Assembly (NCBI GenBank): GCA_963776365.1
Contig: CAVZMQ010000004.1
Coordinates: 2,054-66,053 of the forward strand
Source of the DNA: Candidatus Acidiferrales bacterium
GTDB taxonomy: Bacteria; Acidobacteriota; Terriglobia; Acidiferrales; UBA7541
DNA: 64,000 nucleotides
Direction: 5' to 3'
The position numbers and the translations under genes were made by a program. The first letter of the stretch is position 1; every line of letters begins with the position of its first letter. Under the pieces are notes generated by a model. It was not told the DNA's origin and searched no databases. It saw only the letters and a list, made by a program, of their open reading frames with translations. This document shows, piece after piece, positions 33,531 through 43,517 of the stretch.

Positions 33531-33606
33531 GGGCGTGTAGCTCAGCTGGGAGAGCACCTGCTTTGCAAGCAGGGGGTCGCCGGTTCGAACCCGGCCACGT
33601 CCACCA
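33531..33606 (+). tRNA. tRNA-Ala(TGC)
   Basis: 76-nt cloverleaf GGGCGTG/CACGTCC, G3:U70 pair, anticodon stem CCTGC/GCAGG, TTCGAA T-loop, encoded CCA. Confidence 0.97.
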
Positions 33607-33631
33607 ACTTAATTCCCGCTCTCATAACCAG

Positions 33632-34681
33632 TTACGCTGCTTTTTCTGCTGCACTATTTTGGTGCAATTTCGGGACATTCGGTACAACAGTCTCGCTGGC
33701 TTCTGGAAGATTGAAGCCATACCCTACTCGCTCAGCCTCTTTGAGGCGTGTCTCAAGTTCCTCGTGAAGGTGTGAGTAGAGTTCAGACATTGTTTGCGGA
33801 CGGTGTGCCATCCAGAAGTTGTTTATGTCTTCCAGGCAGCGGCCACCCCGCAACCATGTCTTACGGAACCGCTTGAATGCGTGCCAACCCATTCCTTCCT
33901 CATCGAGCCCCATTTCACTGAGGCGAGGCGTAAGCCAGCGGTCCGCCAGATTGCCGTAAAGATGAGGAGTTCCGCTTGCTGTGTGGAACAGGAGCCCCGT
34001 CTTCTCAGCCGTATAACGTCGCAGGTACTCTGCGATGTCTGGATGCAAGTCAATCTGCCTCCTCGCAGCGTCAGTCTTGAGATAACTAACGATACGAGCA
34101 GAATCCTTCTCGACTTGCTGCTCAACCCTTATGGTTTTGAAATCATTCGTGAATTGCCGGGTTCCGACCGCCAACGCTTCAGAAATTCTCATCCCAGTTG
34201 CCGCGAGCAGCACATATAACGCCTGTTCCTGACCGCTGCTAGACAGAATGAGTTCTGAAATTGTGTCCGCTTTGAGCGATGGACGTTTCTGTTCCGAATG
34301 CACTACCACAGGCAAGTCCATTACCTCAGCGTCCCATGTTCTCTTATGGACAGGCTCACCGTTCGGGTGCTTCAACGACTCCACCACCTGTTTAACATGT
34401 TCGATGTACTTGTTTACAGTTCGCGGTTTGAGTTTCGCAGAAGACATTTTGTCAATCAACGGCCTCACCGAGAGATTGTCCACTTGCCCGACAGGAATAT
34501 CGCCAATAGCAGGGAGAATCCATTTGTCCATCGCGCCCTGAATGGAGACTGCATAACTCCGTCGGATGGGCTTGCGTTTGCGGTTTTGCAATTGCTTCAG
34601 CCACACTTCTGATTGTTCACGGAACGTAATCTCACCTGATTTTGGTTGAACAACTTTGTTGAAATATTCAGGAGAGTCCAC
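33632..34681 (-). CDS. Tyrosine integrase related to 32456-33508, 5' truncated
   Basis: EYFNKVV...TFREQ shared with the other integrase; GMRISEAL, HAFKRFR, WMAH, ELYS. Confidence 0.88.
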   Translation of the reverse strand: MDSPEYFNKVVQPKSGEITFREQSEVWLKQLQNRKRKPIRRSYAVSIQGAMDKWILPAIGDIPVGQVDNLSVRPLIDKMSSAKLKPRTVNKYIEHVKQVVESLKHPNGEPVHKRTWDAEVMDLPVVVHSEQKRPSLKADTISELILSSSGQEQALYVLLAATGMRISEALAVGTRQFTNDFKTIRVEQQVEKDSARIVSYLKTDAARRQIDLHPDIAEYLRRYTAEKTGLLFHTASGTPHLYGNLADRWLTPRLSEMGLDEEGMGWHAFKRFRKTWLRGGRCLEDINNFWMAHRPQTMSELYSHLHEELETRLKEAERVGYGFNLPEASETVVPNVPKLHQNSAAEKAA

Positions 34682-34689
34682 TCCGCTTT

Positions 34690-35059
34690 GTTGAACAATC
34701 TCCCTCGCTTTCCGTTGCGGTTGCTGCCCAAAAATTCGAGCGAGCGCGTGGTGTGGGTCGTTGTGTCAATCACTGCCGGAGTTTGTGAGGAGATTCTCTA
34801 TCGCGGATGGCTGCTCGGCTTTTTTGGCGCAGTTTTGGGTTCGGTTTGGCTGGGATTGCTGATTTCGTCGATACTTTTCGGCTTCGCACACGCGTATCAA
34901 GGACAAAGCGCGATCATCGGGACAGGGGTGGTCGGCGCGATCTTTGGCGTTGTGTTCGTCGTCTGTGGCAGCCTGATTCCAGGACAGGTACTCCACACAG
35001 TCATGGACTTGAACAGCGGTCTCGCGTTGGGAAGAGCGCAAAAACTACCAGAAGTATGA
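34690..35059 (+). pseudogene. CPBP/Abi (CAAX protease-like) membrane protease, 5' truncated
   Basis: AGVCEEILYRG, FGFAH.YQG, H..MD motifs. Confidence 0.8.
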
Positions 35060-35151
35060 GCGGCAAATCGGCGGCAGAGTCCGTACCATGACCCACTTGT
35101 CCGGGAACGTCGTAAACAGGCATATGGGCAGTATCGTCTCGAATCGAATGG

Positions 35152-35886
35152 TCAGGATTTGTGGCCGCGGGCAACTCGAACAGGCGGGAAAATCCAAAAG
35201 ATAGATCCGGAAGCGCTGGCATCGCAAATACCGTTCTTCTTCAAGTCTTCGCAATATTGGCCCACGTGCTTGAAATCCATCAGCGCAACTTGTCCACCGA
35301 ATTTCAGGACGCGTACAATTTCGGAGATGGCTTCGCGGCGTCCGTCGCGGCTGGAAATGTTGTGGATTGCAAGATTGGCCACAACAACATCAACGGAGGC
35401 GTCGGCGAAGGGCAACTTTCGCATGTCGCCATCTCGCACTTCCACGCGTTCGGCAACTCCTTCGAGCGTCGCATTTTGTAGTGTTGCTTCCCGCGAGTTG
35501 TTTCCCTGATCCACCTGAGACCAGAGATCGATCCCGATGCTGCGACCGCGCGGAAGTCTTTTCGCGGCGGCGATCAGCAGTAGCCCATGGCCGCAACCCA
35601 CATCGAGCACCGTTTCATCCCCGCGAAGATGCAGACTGTCGAGGAGCCGGTCGCGCGCGCGAAATTTCCCGTAATAGCTGCTGCCCATCATCAGGAAAGA
35701 TTCGATGAAGAGAACGATGCCGCAATAAATCATCGAATAACCAATGCCGATCAAAGGTCCGAAATTTCGTGGCGTAGCCCATTCGAGCGAGAAATACCCC
35801 ACCGCAAACAGCGCGGGGCCGCCAAACAGAAATCCGCGGACAAGGCCCGGAGCGTCCAATCCGTAATCAGGTCTTTTCTTTTGCAT
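35152..35886 (-). CDS. Class I SAM-dependent methyltransferase with N-terminal TM helices
   Basis: VLDVGCGHG, GDMRKLPF.D.SVDVV, VLKFGG. Confidence 0.92.
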   Translation of the reverse strand: MQKKRPDYGLDAPGLVRGFLFGGPALFAVGYFSLEWATPRNFGPLIGIGYSMIYCGIVLFIESFLMMGSSYYGKFRARDRLLDSLHLRGDETVLDVGCGHGLLLIAAAKRLPRGRSIGIDLWSQVDQGNNSREATLQNATLEGVAERVEVRDGDMRKLPFADASVDVVVANLAIHNISSRDGRREAISEIVRVLKFGGQVALMDFKHVGQYCEDLKKNGICDASASGSIFWIFPPVRVARGHKS

Positions 35887-36038
35887 TCAATTGCACTGGA
35901 AAGGGATAGTAGCAGAAAACATTCTCAACTCCCGATTTGTCGCGTTACCGGACATGTGGCTACCAGAACTTGACCTTACCGGTAAGCGCTAACCGGGACT
36001 TTGGAGCAAAAATATGTTATTCAGGTCACCGGGTAGTG

Positions 36039-36467
36039 ATGGCTGTAGTGCGAGGCTCTATGCAACCGCCCGTTGCCTCCACATCAGTTGGTTTTCCGAC
36101 ATCTTCGCCTGAGAGTCCGCGGATTTCGTGGTTCATGGTCGTTGTGGGCTGCCTCTATTTCATCTCGTTGGCCCTCGGTGCCACCAGAGCAATTCCGCAC
36201 TTTGCCAAGCTGTATGGGGAGGCGGGAGTCGGACTTCCTCTGCTCACCCGTATCTTGCTTTCCTCTCATTTTTGGTTTCTGCCAATGGCGTTCACCGTTG
36301 GTGCGATACTCACTGTCGCAAAGAAACTGGCGGAGTTCAGCAGGCGACAACTTCGTGTCGTCAATATTGTTCTCATCTGCCTTGGAGCCGTTTTGCCCGC
36401 TTTGCTTCTGTGGTTTTTGTGTTCGCCTCTGGTTAGCTTGATTGGAAAACTCGATGGGGCTCACTGA
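36039..36467 (+). CDS. Hypothetical membrane protein
   Basis: Three hydrophobic segments; LP.LTR.LL pattern. Confidence 0.6.
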   Translation: MAVVRGSMQPPVASTSVGFPTSSPESPRISWFMVVVGCLYFISLALGATRAIPHFAKLYGEAGVGLPLLTRILLSSHFWFLPMAFTVGAILTVAKKLAEFSRRQLRVVNIVLICLGAVLPALLLWFLCSPLVSLIGKLDGAH

Positions 36468-36589
36468 CGGGAGAACGAGCGAGTCCTACGCAGTTTGTTC
36501 CAATAACTCCTGGTTTGTCGATTATTACCGGCCAATTCTTTGAATCACACCCGTAAAAGCTGTAGGCGAGAAGGGTTATTCTCTTTCAG

Positions 36590-37204
36590 TTGGATTTTGG
36601 TCAGGAGGAAGGAGCTCCGCTTCCGGCTCAGATCTTGGCAGGTCAAGCCGGGGCAGAGCTCCAAGGAAGTACGATTCTGTTTATCCCACTTTGCGTCCCG
36701 CCTCACAAGCTCGAAACGGATTGGGCCGCGAGCTGCGCCGAAGTCATCTTGCGGCGATGCCCGGTTTGCGAGCGCGATTCGATCATCGGCCATGGACACC
36801 GCCGCAAACAGGCGCACGATGAACACCACGATTGGATCGGGATCCGGCGCGGTTGCTGTCCCGGTTGCAAGAAAACCTTCACCTTTCTCCCGCTGCTTTC
36901 TCTCCCCTACACGCACTACAGTTTGCTGGCACGCTGTCAGGCCTTGTGGCGGCGCTTTGTGGAGCACTGCTCCTGGGAAGAAGCAACGCCTCCGCTCAAA
37001 GACCCTAACCGCGTGCCTGATTCCTCCACACTTCGCCGCTGGGCCCACGGCCTGGACCGCTCCCAACCGGCACTTTCCTTTCTCCATCAAACGCTCGCCT
37101 CCGTAGCTCACTGGCTGGCGCGCGGTGATCCAGCCGATCACCAAGCGGGGCTTTTGTCTCAGCTGACTCCGGTTCTGCAAATTCTCTGGCCCCTGCGTCT
37201 CTGA
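36590..37204 (+). CDS. DUF6431-like zinc-ribbon/HTH protein (start uncertain)
   Basis: CPVC...GHG.R.K...IRRG.CP.C.KTFT.LP....PY..Y; STLRRW. Confidence 0.7.
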   Translation: MDFGQEEGAPLPAQILAGQAGAELQGSTILFIPLCVPPHKLETDWAASCAEVILRRCPVCERDSIIGHGHRRKQAHDEHHDWIGIRRGCCPGCKKTFTFLPLLSLPYTHYSLLARCQALWRRFVEHCSWEEATPPLKDPNRVPDSSTLRRWAHGLDRSQPALSFLHQTLASVAHWLARGDPADHQAGLLSQLTPVLQILWPLRL

Positions 37205-37237
37205 GAAAATTTCTCCAACCACCATCCTTGCCTGGGA

Positions 37238-38278
37238 ATGCTGTCCACCTTCTCCTACGTTGACTTCCAGAGGCAAAACTGCGCCGTGGGCGAGGACGTC
37301 GAAAAACTGAAACAGCGTCTTTCGCTGCTCGATTATCTGCGGCAGCAGAACTGGGTCGCCCGGCCTGCCACTCACGGCCCCGAGTTCGTCGGACTTTGTC
37401 CCCTGCATCCGGAAACCCAGCCTTCGTTCTATGTCAATGCCCACAAAAATCTCTTCTACTGTCACGGTTGCGGCCAGGGCGGCGATCTCATTCGCTTTGT
37501 CCAGTTGTCCCGCCAGCTATCCTTCCGCCAAAGTCTCGCCTACCTCGAGCAGCAAAGCGCTCCTCCCACCGACCCTGCCGCCGTGCTCGAGCAAGCTGCC
37601 ACTTTTTATCAACAGCAACTCGATCGCTACCCCGAGGCACGGCGCTATCTGGAGCAACGAGGACTGCGCGATCCTGTCCTGCTCCAAGAACTGCGGATCG
37701 GGTATGCCCCTGGGGGGAGCTTGCGCCGTCATCTCGCGGCTCGAGGCTACTCTTGCGAGCTCCTACGACGTCTCGGCCTGCTCAATTCGCAGGGTCACGA
37801 TGCCTTCTACCGGCGCGTCATCTTCCCGTGCTGCCAAGGCGGACGCGTCGTCAACCTCTACGGCCGCAGTGTCGCGGCCGCCTTTGCCCATCGATTCCTA
37901 CCCGGCTCCAAGGGCGGCTTGTTCGCCTGGGAATCGGTTCGCCAGTTTCCCGCGGTGATTCTGGTTGAAGGTCTGTTCGATCTTGCGGTGTTGTGGCAGG
38001 CTGGTTTTCGCCACGCCACCTGTTCGTTAGGCACTCATCTCAGCGCTGAACAGTTTCAACAGCTGTGCGATCGTCCACGCACGGTTTATCTCATCTTCGA
38101 TGTCGACGCCAACGGCAGCGGACAACAAGCCTCGCGGCGGCTAGCACCACGTCTGCGCGCACAAGGCATCTCCACTCGTCGCGTCTTCCTGCCCGATGGC
38201 CACGATCCGAACTCCTTCTTCGTCCAGGGCGGTGATGCGGGACAGTTTCAAGCTCTCCTGGAGGCTGCTCCGCCATGA
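37238..38278 (+). CDS. DnaG-like primase (CHC2 zinc finger + TOPRIM), no helicase-binding domain
   Basis: CPLH.ET.PSF...FYCHGC..GGDLI; RRVIFP; LVEGLFD; FDVDANGSG; PDGHDPN. Confidence 0.9.
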   Translation: MLSTFSYVDFQRQNCAVGEDVEKLKQRLSLLDYLRQQNWVARPATHGPEFVGLCPLHPETQPSFYVNAHKNLFYCHGCGQGGDLIRFVQLSRQLSFRQSLAYLEQQSAPPTDPAAVLEQAATFYQQQLDRYPEARRYLEQRGLRDPVLLQELRIGYAPGGSLRRHLAARGYSCELLRRLGLLNSQGHDAFYRRVIFPCCQGGRVVNLYGRSVAAAFAHRFLPGSKGGLFAWESVRQFPAVILVEGLFDLAVLWQAGFRHATCSLGTHLSAEQFQQLCDRPRTVYLIFDVDANGSGQQASRRLAPRLRAQGISTRRVFLPDGHDPNSFFVQGGDAGQFQALLEAAPP

Positions 38279-39321
38279 AGTTCTGCGTGATCTACCAGCA
38301 GACCCCCCACAACGCACATAGTCCAGTTCGTGTCGTCGAGCAGAGCACCGGTCAGGGAGTTGGCTGGATCAATCGTTATCTGGACCGCGAATATGTCCGC
38401 CGCCTAGCGAACACCACCCTGCGCACCTTCGCTTACAACCTGCTGCACTTTGTTCGCTGGTGGGAGAGTGTTCATCACACCGGCGACATCCGGGGAGGTG
38501 ACCTTACCGAGTCCACGCTCCTGGACTATGTGCGCTTCCAGTCCAGCCAACAATCGCGGGGTTCCCCTTCGACCATTAATGACCGCGTGGCCGTCGCCGA
38601 GCGCGCCATCCGCAACGAGTTCCCCAATGCTCCCTGCCAAATCGCCCGCGGTTTTCATCAAGCTTTTTTGCGGCGAACGCCAATGGGGCTCGGCCGGCGG
38701 CAAGTAGCGATGAGTCGGTTGCGAGTGAAAGTGCCCAAACGCAACATCGTGCCACTGTCGGTAGATGAAGTAGCACGCTTCTGGTCCAGTTTCAGCTCTT
38801 CACGGGACTTGGCCATCGTGGGCTTGATGCTATTGCAAGGGCTCCGGTCCGCCGAAGTATTAGCTTTGAATCGCGATGACGCGTTGCTCTCCGAAGCACA
38901 GCTTCGTGTCCGTGGCAAAGGCAATAAATTTCGCTTCCTGCCGCTGGCGCCGGAAACGGTGCAACTACTCGAACACTACCTGCGCCTGGAACGGCCCAAT
39001 CCCTGCTCCGCCGCGCTCTTCGTCTCAATCAAAGGCCACGCGCGCGGACGGCGCATGACCGTTGCGGGATTACGTTCCTTATTCCGCTACCATCGTCAGG
39101 CCACCGGCGTCCAGCTCGCCAATCCGCATCGATTTCGACACACCTTTGCTTCCGACATGATCCGTGCCGGTATGAGTCTGCCCGCGCTCATGCAGTTGAT
39201 GGGTCACGCTGATATCCAAACTACGCTGCTCTACGTGCAGGTCACCCCACAAGACGTCTACCTTCAGTACGCACGTGCCGTGGCACAGCACATCCGCCCC
39301 CTTCCGGTGACCTCCTCATGA
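38275..39321 (+). CDS. Tyrosine recombinase A
   Basis: GLRSAE, VRGKG, HRFRH, LMGH, TLLY; ATGA overlap with the primase. Confidence 0.93.
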   Translation: MKFCVIYQQTPHNAHSPVRVVEQSTGQGVGWINRYLDREYVRRLANTTLRTFAYNLLHFVRWWESVHHTGDIRGGDLTESTLLDYVRFQSSQQSRGSPSTINDRVAVAERAIRNEFPNAPCQIARGFHQAFLRRTPMGLGRRQVAMSRLRVKVPKRNIVPLSVDEVARFWSSFSSSRDLAIVGLMLLQGLRSAEVLALNRDDALLSEAQLRVRGKGNKFRFLPLAPETVQLLEHYLRLERPNPCSAALFVSIKGHARGRRMTVAGLRSLFRYHRQATGVQLANPHRFRHTFASDMIRAGMSLPALMQLMGHADIQTTLLYVQVTPQDVYLQYARAVAQHIRPLPVTSS

Positions 39322-40457
39322 ACCGTGCGCGACGCCCTCCACTGCAACATTCTCTGGCGCCGGTCTTCGACCGCGCCGTCGATTCCCTCAGCACTGCACT
39401 CAACCCCGAAACCACTCGTCACCACCGTGGGACTGCCCGCAACTTTCTGACCTATCTCGGCGCTGATCATCCGGAGGTGCAGCACCTGGACCAGCTACGC
39501 CGTGAACCCCACATCCTCGGTTGGATGTCCTGCCTGCACTCGCAAGCGTCGCCGCTATCAACCGCGTCCTATATCGGCCGGCTTATCGCTCTACGGTCCA
39601 TCTTCAACGAGCTGGCTTGGACCGAACAGCTTTCTGAACTCGCTCATCTGATCCGCCGCGTGGACATTCCGCGGCCGCCGCAAAGACTTCCACGGCCGCT
39701 CACGGCAGAGCAGGATCAACTCCTGCAACAGGAGTTCCGCTTGCGCAATGATCTGGGCGGCAACGTCTTTTTGTTGATTCGCCACACCGGCATGCGTATC
39801 GGTGAGTGTGCCGATCTGTCCTCCGACTGCCTTCGCTCCACCGGCCCAAGTCAATGGGCGATTCATGTGCCGCTCGGCAAACTTAAAACGGAACGTATGG
39901 TCCCCGTAGATCTCTTTGTGTGCGAACTCGTCCAACGCCTCCGCTTCTTTCGTTTTCTTGATCCGCTGCCTGCCGATGGACGGCTCCTGGCTCGTCCGGG
40001 CGCCAAAGACACGCTCCTTCGTCATTTTCGTGATTACTTGCATCAAGTCTGCCATTCACTTGGCCTTTCCACCCGCATCGTCCCACATCAGCTTCGCCAC
40101 ACCTATGCCACGGAGATGCTTCGAGCCGGTGTTGGCTTTCCCGCGGTAATGAAATTACTCGGGCACACCTCTCCCGAGATGACCATGCAATATCTGGATG
40201 TGACGTTGAATGATCTCCAGCGAGCATTCGAGCTGGCTCGCTCAAAACCGCGGCATCTTGTTCCGCAACCCAGGGTCTCGTCTGCCCCACATCGAGAGGG
40301 CCTCGATGGAGTGATCGATTCTTTGCTCGCCGCTCAACATGTACTAGAGATGTTCCGCCGCACGCTGCCAAAAGACACGACTCGCAATCGCCTCAATCGC
40401 CTCTCCAACCGCCTCACCAAAATCCTTATCGAAGCACGCGACCTTGTGACGCCCTGA
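39318..40457 (+). CDS. Tyrosine recombinase B
   Basis: GMRIGE, GKLK, HQLRH, LLGH, TMQY; ATGA overlap with recombinase A. Confidence 0.93.
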   Translation: MNRARRPPLQHSLAPVFDRAVDSLSTALNPETTRHHRGTARNFLTYLGADHPEVQHLDQLRREPHILGWMSCLHSQASPLSTASYIGRLIALRSIFNELAWTEQLSELAHLIRRVDIPRPPQRLPRPLTAEQDQLLQQEFRLRNDLGGNVFLLIRHTGMRIGECADLSSDCLRSTGPSQWAIHVPLGKLKTERMVPVDLFVCELVQRLRFFRFLDPLPADGRLLARPGAKDTLLRHFRDYLHQVCHSLGLSTRIVPHQLRHTYATEMLRAGVGFPAVMKLLGHTSPEMTMQYLDVTLNDLQRAFELARSKPRHLVPQPRVSSAPHREGLDGVIDSLLAAQHVLEMFRRTLPKDTTRNRLNRLSNRLTKILIEARDLVTP

Positions 40458-40636
40458 GAACGGGCAGAGATTGGCCGGTAATGTCGGGTTACCGGAAATG
40501 TTCCCCATAGTACCGGTCTACTTTAAAGGTGAGCGCGCTTACAAGGCACCACAACATTGGACTCCTGACGATATACTGTGGGCAGCTTCCTTCCTTTCTT
40601 GAAACTCATACGTGTTCATGAGCAAAAAGGTGCACG

Positions 40637-41263
40637 ATGGTGGAACCCATCCCACGGTACGAAGTGAGGCAATCGTTGCAAGCCGTAAAGATCGGCATAA
40701 TTTTTGGATTTGTGGCCTGTTTAGCATACCCACTCGCTGTTTTCGGCCATCTACCAAAGCTGGCGACCGTGACGTTGGTGGCGTGCTTCGGTCCTGCCCT
40801 AGGTCTCGCGTGCTACGGCCTCCGCCGACTGCTCGATTGGGAAAGACCGACGATTTCTAGTTCACTGGGTCTGATGTTGAACGCACTTGCGGGCGCACTG
40901 TTTTCCGTCATGGCTTTCGTCCAACTGGCCGTTGGATACTCGGCAAATGGTGACAAAGTCTCGTCGCAATTCGTGGCCATCTGGTTGGGGCTGGATGTAG
41001 CTTGGGATGCCTACATCGGTATCGGAACCGTGTTCTTCGCAGTGGCGATGCTTCGCCATCCGCGCTTTGGGGCAATCTTCACCGTTTTTGGAGTCGGCAT
41101 CGGCGCCGGTTTATTGGTGCTCCATCTTTATTCATTTCCGACTCCGCCGCAGAATGCAGGTCTTATCGACCTCGGTCCAGCGTTGGGCCTTTGGTACTTC
41201 GTCGTTACCATTCAAATGTGGCGCTCCCTTCGTTGGGCAACGCAACATACCCCTACAACCTAG
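40637..41263 (+). CDS. Hypothetical multi-pass membrane protein
   Basis: Six to seven hydrophobic segments. Confidence 0.7.
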   Translation: MVEPIPRYEVRQSLQAVKIGIIFGFVACLAYPLAVFGHLPKLATVTLVACFGPALGLACYGLRRLLDWERPTISSSLGLMLNALAGALFSVMAFVQLAVGYSANGDKVSSQFVAIWLGLDVAWDAYIGIGTVFFAVAMLRHPRFGAIFTVFGVGIGAGLLVLHLYSFPTPPQNAGLIDLGPALGLWYFVVTIQMWRSLRWATQHTPTT

Positions 41264-41462
41264 GTGCCAAAGTTTATCGCGCTGTTCTTGCTCCTGCGTC
41301 TAGGTCCCGGTTAGTCGCCTAATCGGTAAAGTCAAGAGCTGGGAACCAAGTTACCGATTTCGTCGTTTTTACCAGATGGGACCGTTCGGGTGTAGACTCT
41401 GCCGTGTCTTTTGCTAGAAGGTGTTATGTCGAATTCGCTATCTCGGTAAGGGAGCGTGTTGA

Positions 41463-42095
41463 TTGCGGTACATCATTTTGGCTCAAATACTGCTCTCTGC
41501 TTCCGTCACATTCGCCAGCGACATACGTCCTTCCTGCGAGCTTGCGAAAGAAAGCATTTTGAGCCGATCTTCTTCCGGGCTCGCTCAGGTCAGCAATTTG
41601 GGCAGCATCCGCATAACGTGCCGCGTGCCGGCGCGGCCATTCCCGTCCAAACCGGGTGAGAGCCGGAACGGTCTCACAGCGGCGACCACCGCCTATGAAG
41701 TCTTGGCGAGTGGTAGCAGGAAGTCGGTCGCCGCAGAAGTTTACCTTGTTGGCGGCGGCTTCGGACCTGAACCGGAACCGGAACCGGAATGGGTTGATTT
41801 CTATGTACATATTCCACTCGACTCCGAGGAACTTGACACAGAGGTGCGTAGGTATCTCGCTAAGCTCGAAGAGTCGATGACACCAGAGCAAAAAGCACAA
41901 TTCACAGAGGACGCTCGAAAGAAGGCACTTGAGAATCTTCGAGAGGTGGTCTACCAACATCGTGTCGGCCATTTCCAAGTGGAGTGCCGCGTCTTGGATG
42001 GTTCTCGCGTGATGGGTGCGGACGTCGTCGAACTTGAAGTGCTGTTTAAGGGACGCTTCTCTGACATCGGACCGCGCCCGTCTCCCCCAGCCTAG
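41463..42095 (+). CDS. Hypothetical exported protein
   Basis: Signal-peptide-like N-terminus, RBS GGGAG; PEPEPEPE from GAACCG repeats. Confidence 0.65.
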   Translation: MRYIILAQILLSASVTFASDIRPSCELAKESILSRSSSGLAQVSNLGSIRITCRVPARPFPSKPGESRNGLTAATTAYEVLASGSRKSVAAEVYLVGGGFGPEPEPEPEWVDFYVHIPLDSEELDTEVRRYLAKLEESMTPEQKAQFTEDARKKALENLREVVYQHRVGHFQVECRVLDGSRVMGADVVELEVLFKGRFSDIGPRPSPPA

Positions 42096-42325
42096 AAACT
42101 CGCAGCGGAGGGATAAGTCCCGATTGCGTCGCGTTACCGGTAAAGTCCTATAAAAAGGAATGTCAAGAAAAAAGTACTCTCCTTCGGCTCAATGCCGATC
42201 TTTTTTTCTCGGCATTCAGCCCAACTGTTTGGACGTAGGTTTTGCGGCGACTCCGCTGCTGCGGGGTGACGTGGAACAGAATCTTCGACGTCATCACAAC
42301 AGAATCAATGAGACGCTTTGGCTTT

Positions 42326-42751
42326 TCAGGTATCGGTGAACTTGAAACCGTTTGAGCTAAATTGCTCCCCACGAAGAACCGCATCCACGGCAGGCAGTAG
42401 TTCGCGTCCGGCATCTTTCTTACGAACATAACCCAACGCGCCCGTGCCCAAAGCTGCCCGGACGACGTCGAGGTCATTGTTCTGACTTAGGAAGACAATC
42501 TTGGAGCTGGGGGAGCGTTGTCGTATCTGCCGGGCGGCTTCGATTCCATCTAACTTGGGTAGGCCGATGTCCAGCAGAACTAAGTCCGGCTTCAGGTCTT
42601 CGGCCTTCTGAACGGCTTCTAGTCCATCCGACGTTTCAGCGATGACCTGGCAATCTGGGCGCGGCTGAAGCAGCAAACGGACTTGGTATAGCCAAGCCTT
42701 GAAATCGTCAACTACGAGGATGCGAATTGATGACGACAGTTGCTACCCCAT
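42326..42751 (-). CDS. Stand-alone receiver-domain response regulator; TAG at codon 3, so alternative start or pseudogene
   Basis: IRILVVDD, PDLVLLDIGLPKLDG, FLSQ, YVRK motifs. Confidence 0.75.
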
Positions 42752-43060
42752 TTCTATGTATGGAAAAATACGCCGCACGCGGGTTAGTTGCTTGACCTAC
42801 AGTTCTAGTGCGCCCGGACACCAATCGTCAGTGACCCACGCACGCACCAATGTGACCCGTGAGCACACAAATGGAGTGCTGCCCGCGAATCGGCGGCTCT
42901 CAAATCCTGGTAACGGCATTATCGGAAACTCAGCTAATCAGCGGCGCGGTCCGACGTCCACACGCAATTTCGCTTCTACTTCGCTCCCGCTGTGGTGGAC
43001 AGCGAGGCAGCGGGGGCTTAGCATGAAATTTCCCCAGTGTTTCGCTCCAGAGGTTGTGCC

Positions 43061-43357
43061 ATGAGATGTTTAGTTCCTATTCCTATTGAGTTTGTCGATA
43101 CCCTGAAACAGTCTGGAGAAACAGGCATCGGTTACCAAGTGATTTCTGTCGAACTGAAAGACGGCAGGTGCTTTGACCAAGTCCTGGCCAGCGAGGGTTG
43201 CATCATTGAAGTGCGAGGACACAAAGAGATTCCTTTTGGGGCAAAAGATGTGACATCCGTGAGGGTAAATCACAAGCGGTGGAATTTCAGAGGTTGGTCG
43301 GACTCACGCGCCCAGAGAGGGATGTCTTCGCTTGGGCTTTTGATTCTTAGTGCCTGA
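43061..43357 (+). CDS. Small hypothetical protein
   Basis: GAGG RBS, ATG 43061; beta-rich globular pattern (ETGIGYQVISVELKDG). Confidence 0.6.
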   Translation: MRCLVPIPIEFVDTLKQSGETGIGYQVISVELKDGRCFDQVLASEGCIIEVRGHKEIPFGAKDVTSVRVNHKRWNFRGWSDSRAQRGMSSLGLLILSA

Positions 43358-43517
43358 GTAACGCTTACCGTATATCTTGGTACAAACCGCTGCTCATTCG
43401 GTTACCGACGATAGGAGTTGGATTGCGACACCACGCTGGCCGATACTGATTCGGTGGTTCCGACGATGATACTGCCGGGCGGTTTCCTGCATAACAAAAT
43501 CAGACCATAGTTTCAGC

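Larger units (their letters stand above)
36524..40482 (+). mobile_element. Compact tyrosine-recombinase element: DUF6431 + primase + two recombinases
   Basis: 13-bp inverted ends ATTACCGGCCAAT (36524-36536) and ATTGGCCGGTAAT (40470-40482) tightly enclose four co-oriented genes. Confidence 0.8.

Noticed and set aside
36545-37465. 306-aa ORF antisense to DUF6431/primase
   Set aside because: Shadow ORF opposite genes with clear motifs; no recognisable domain.
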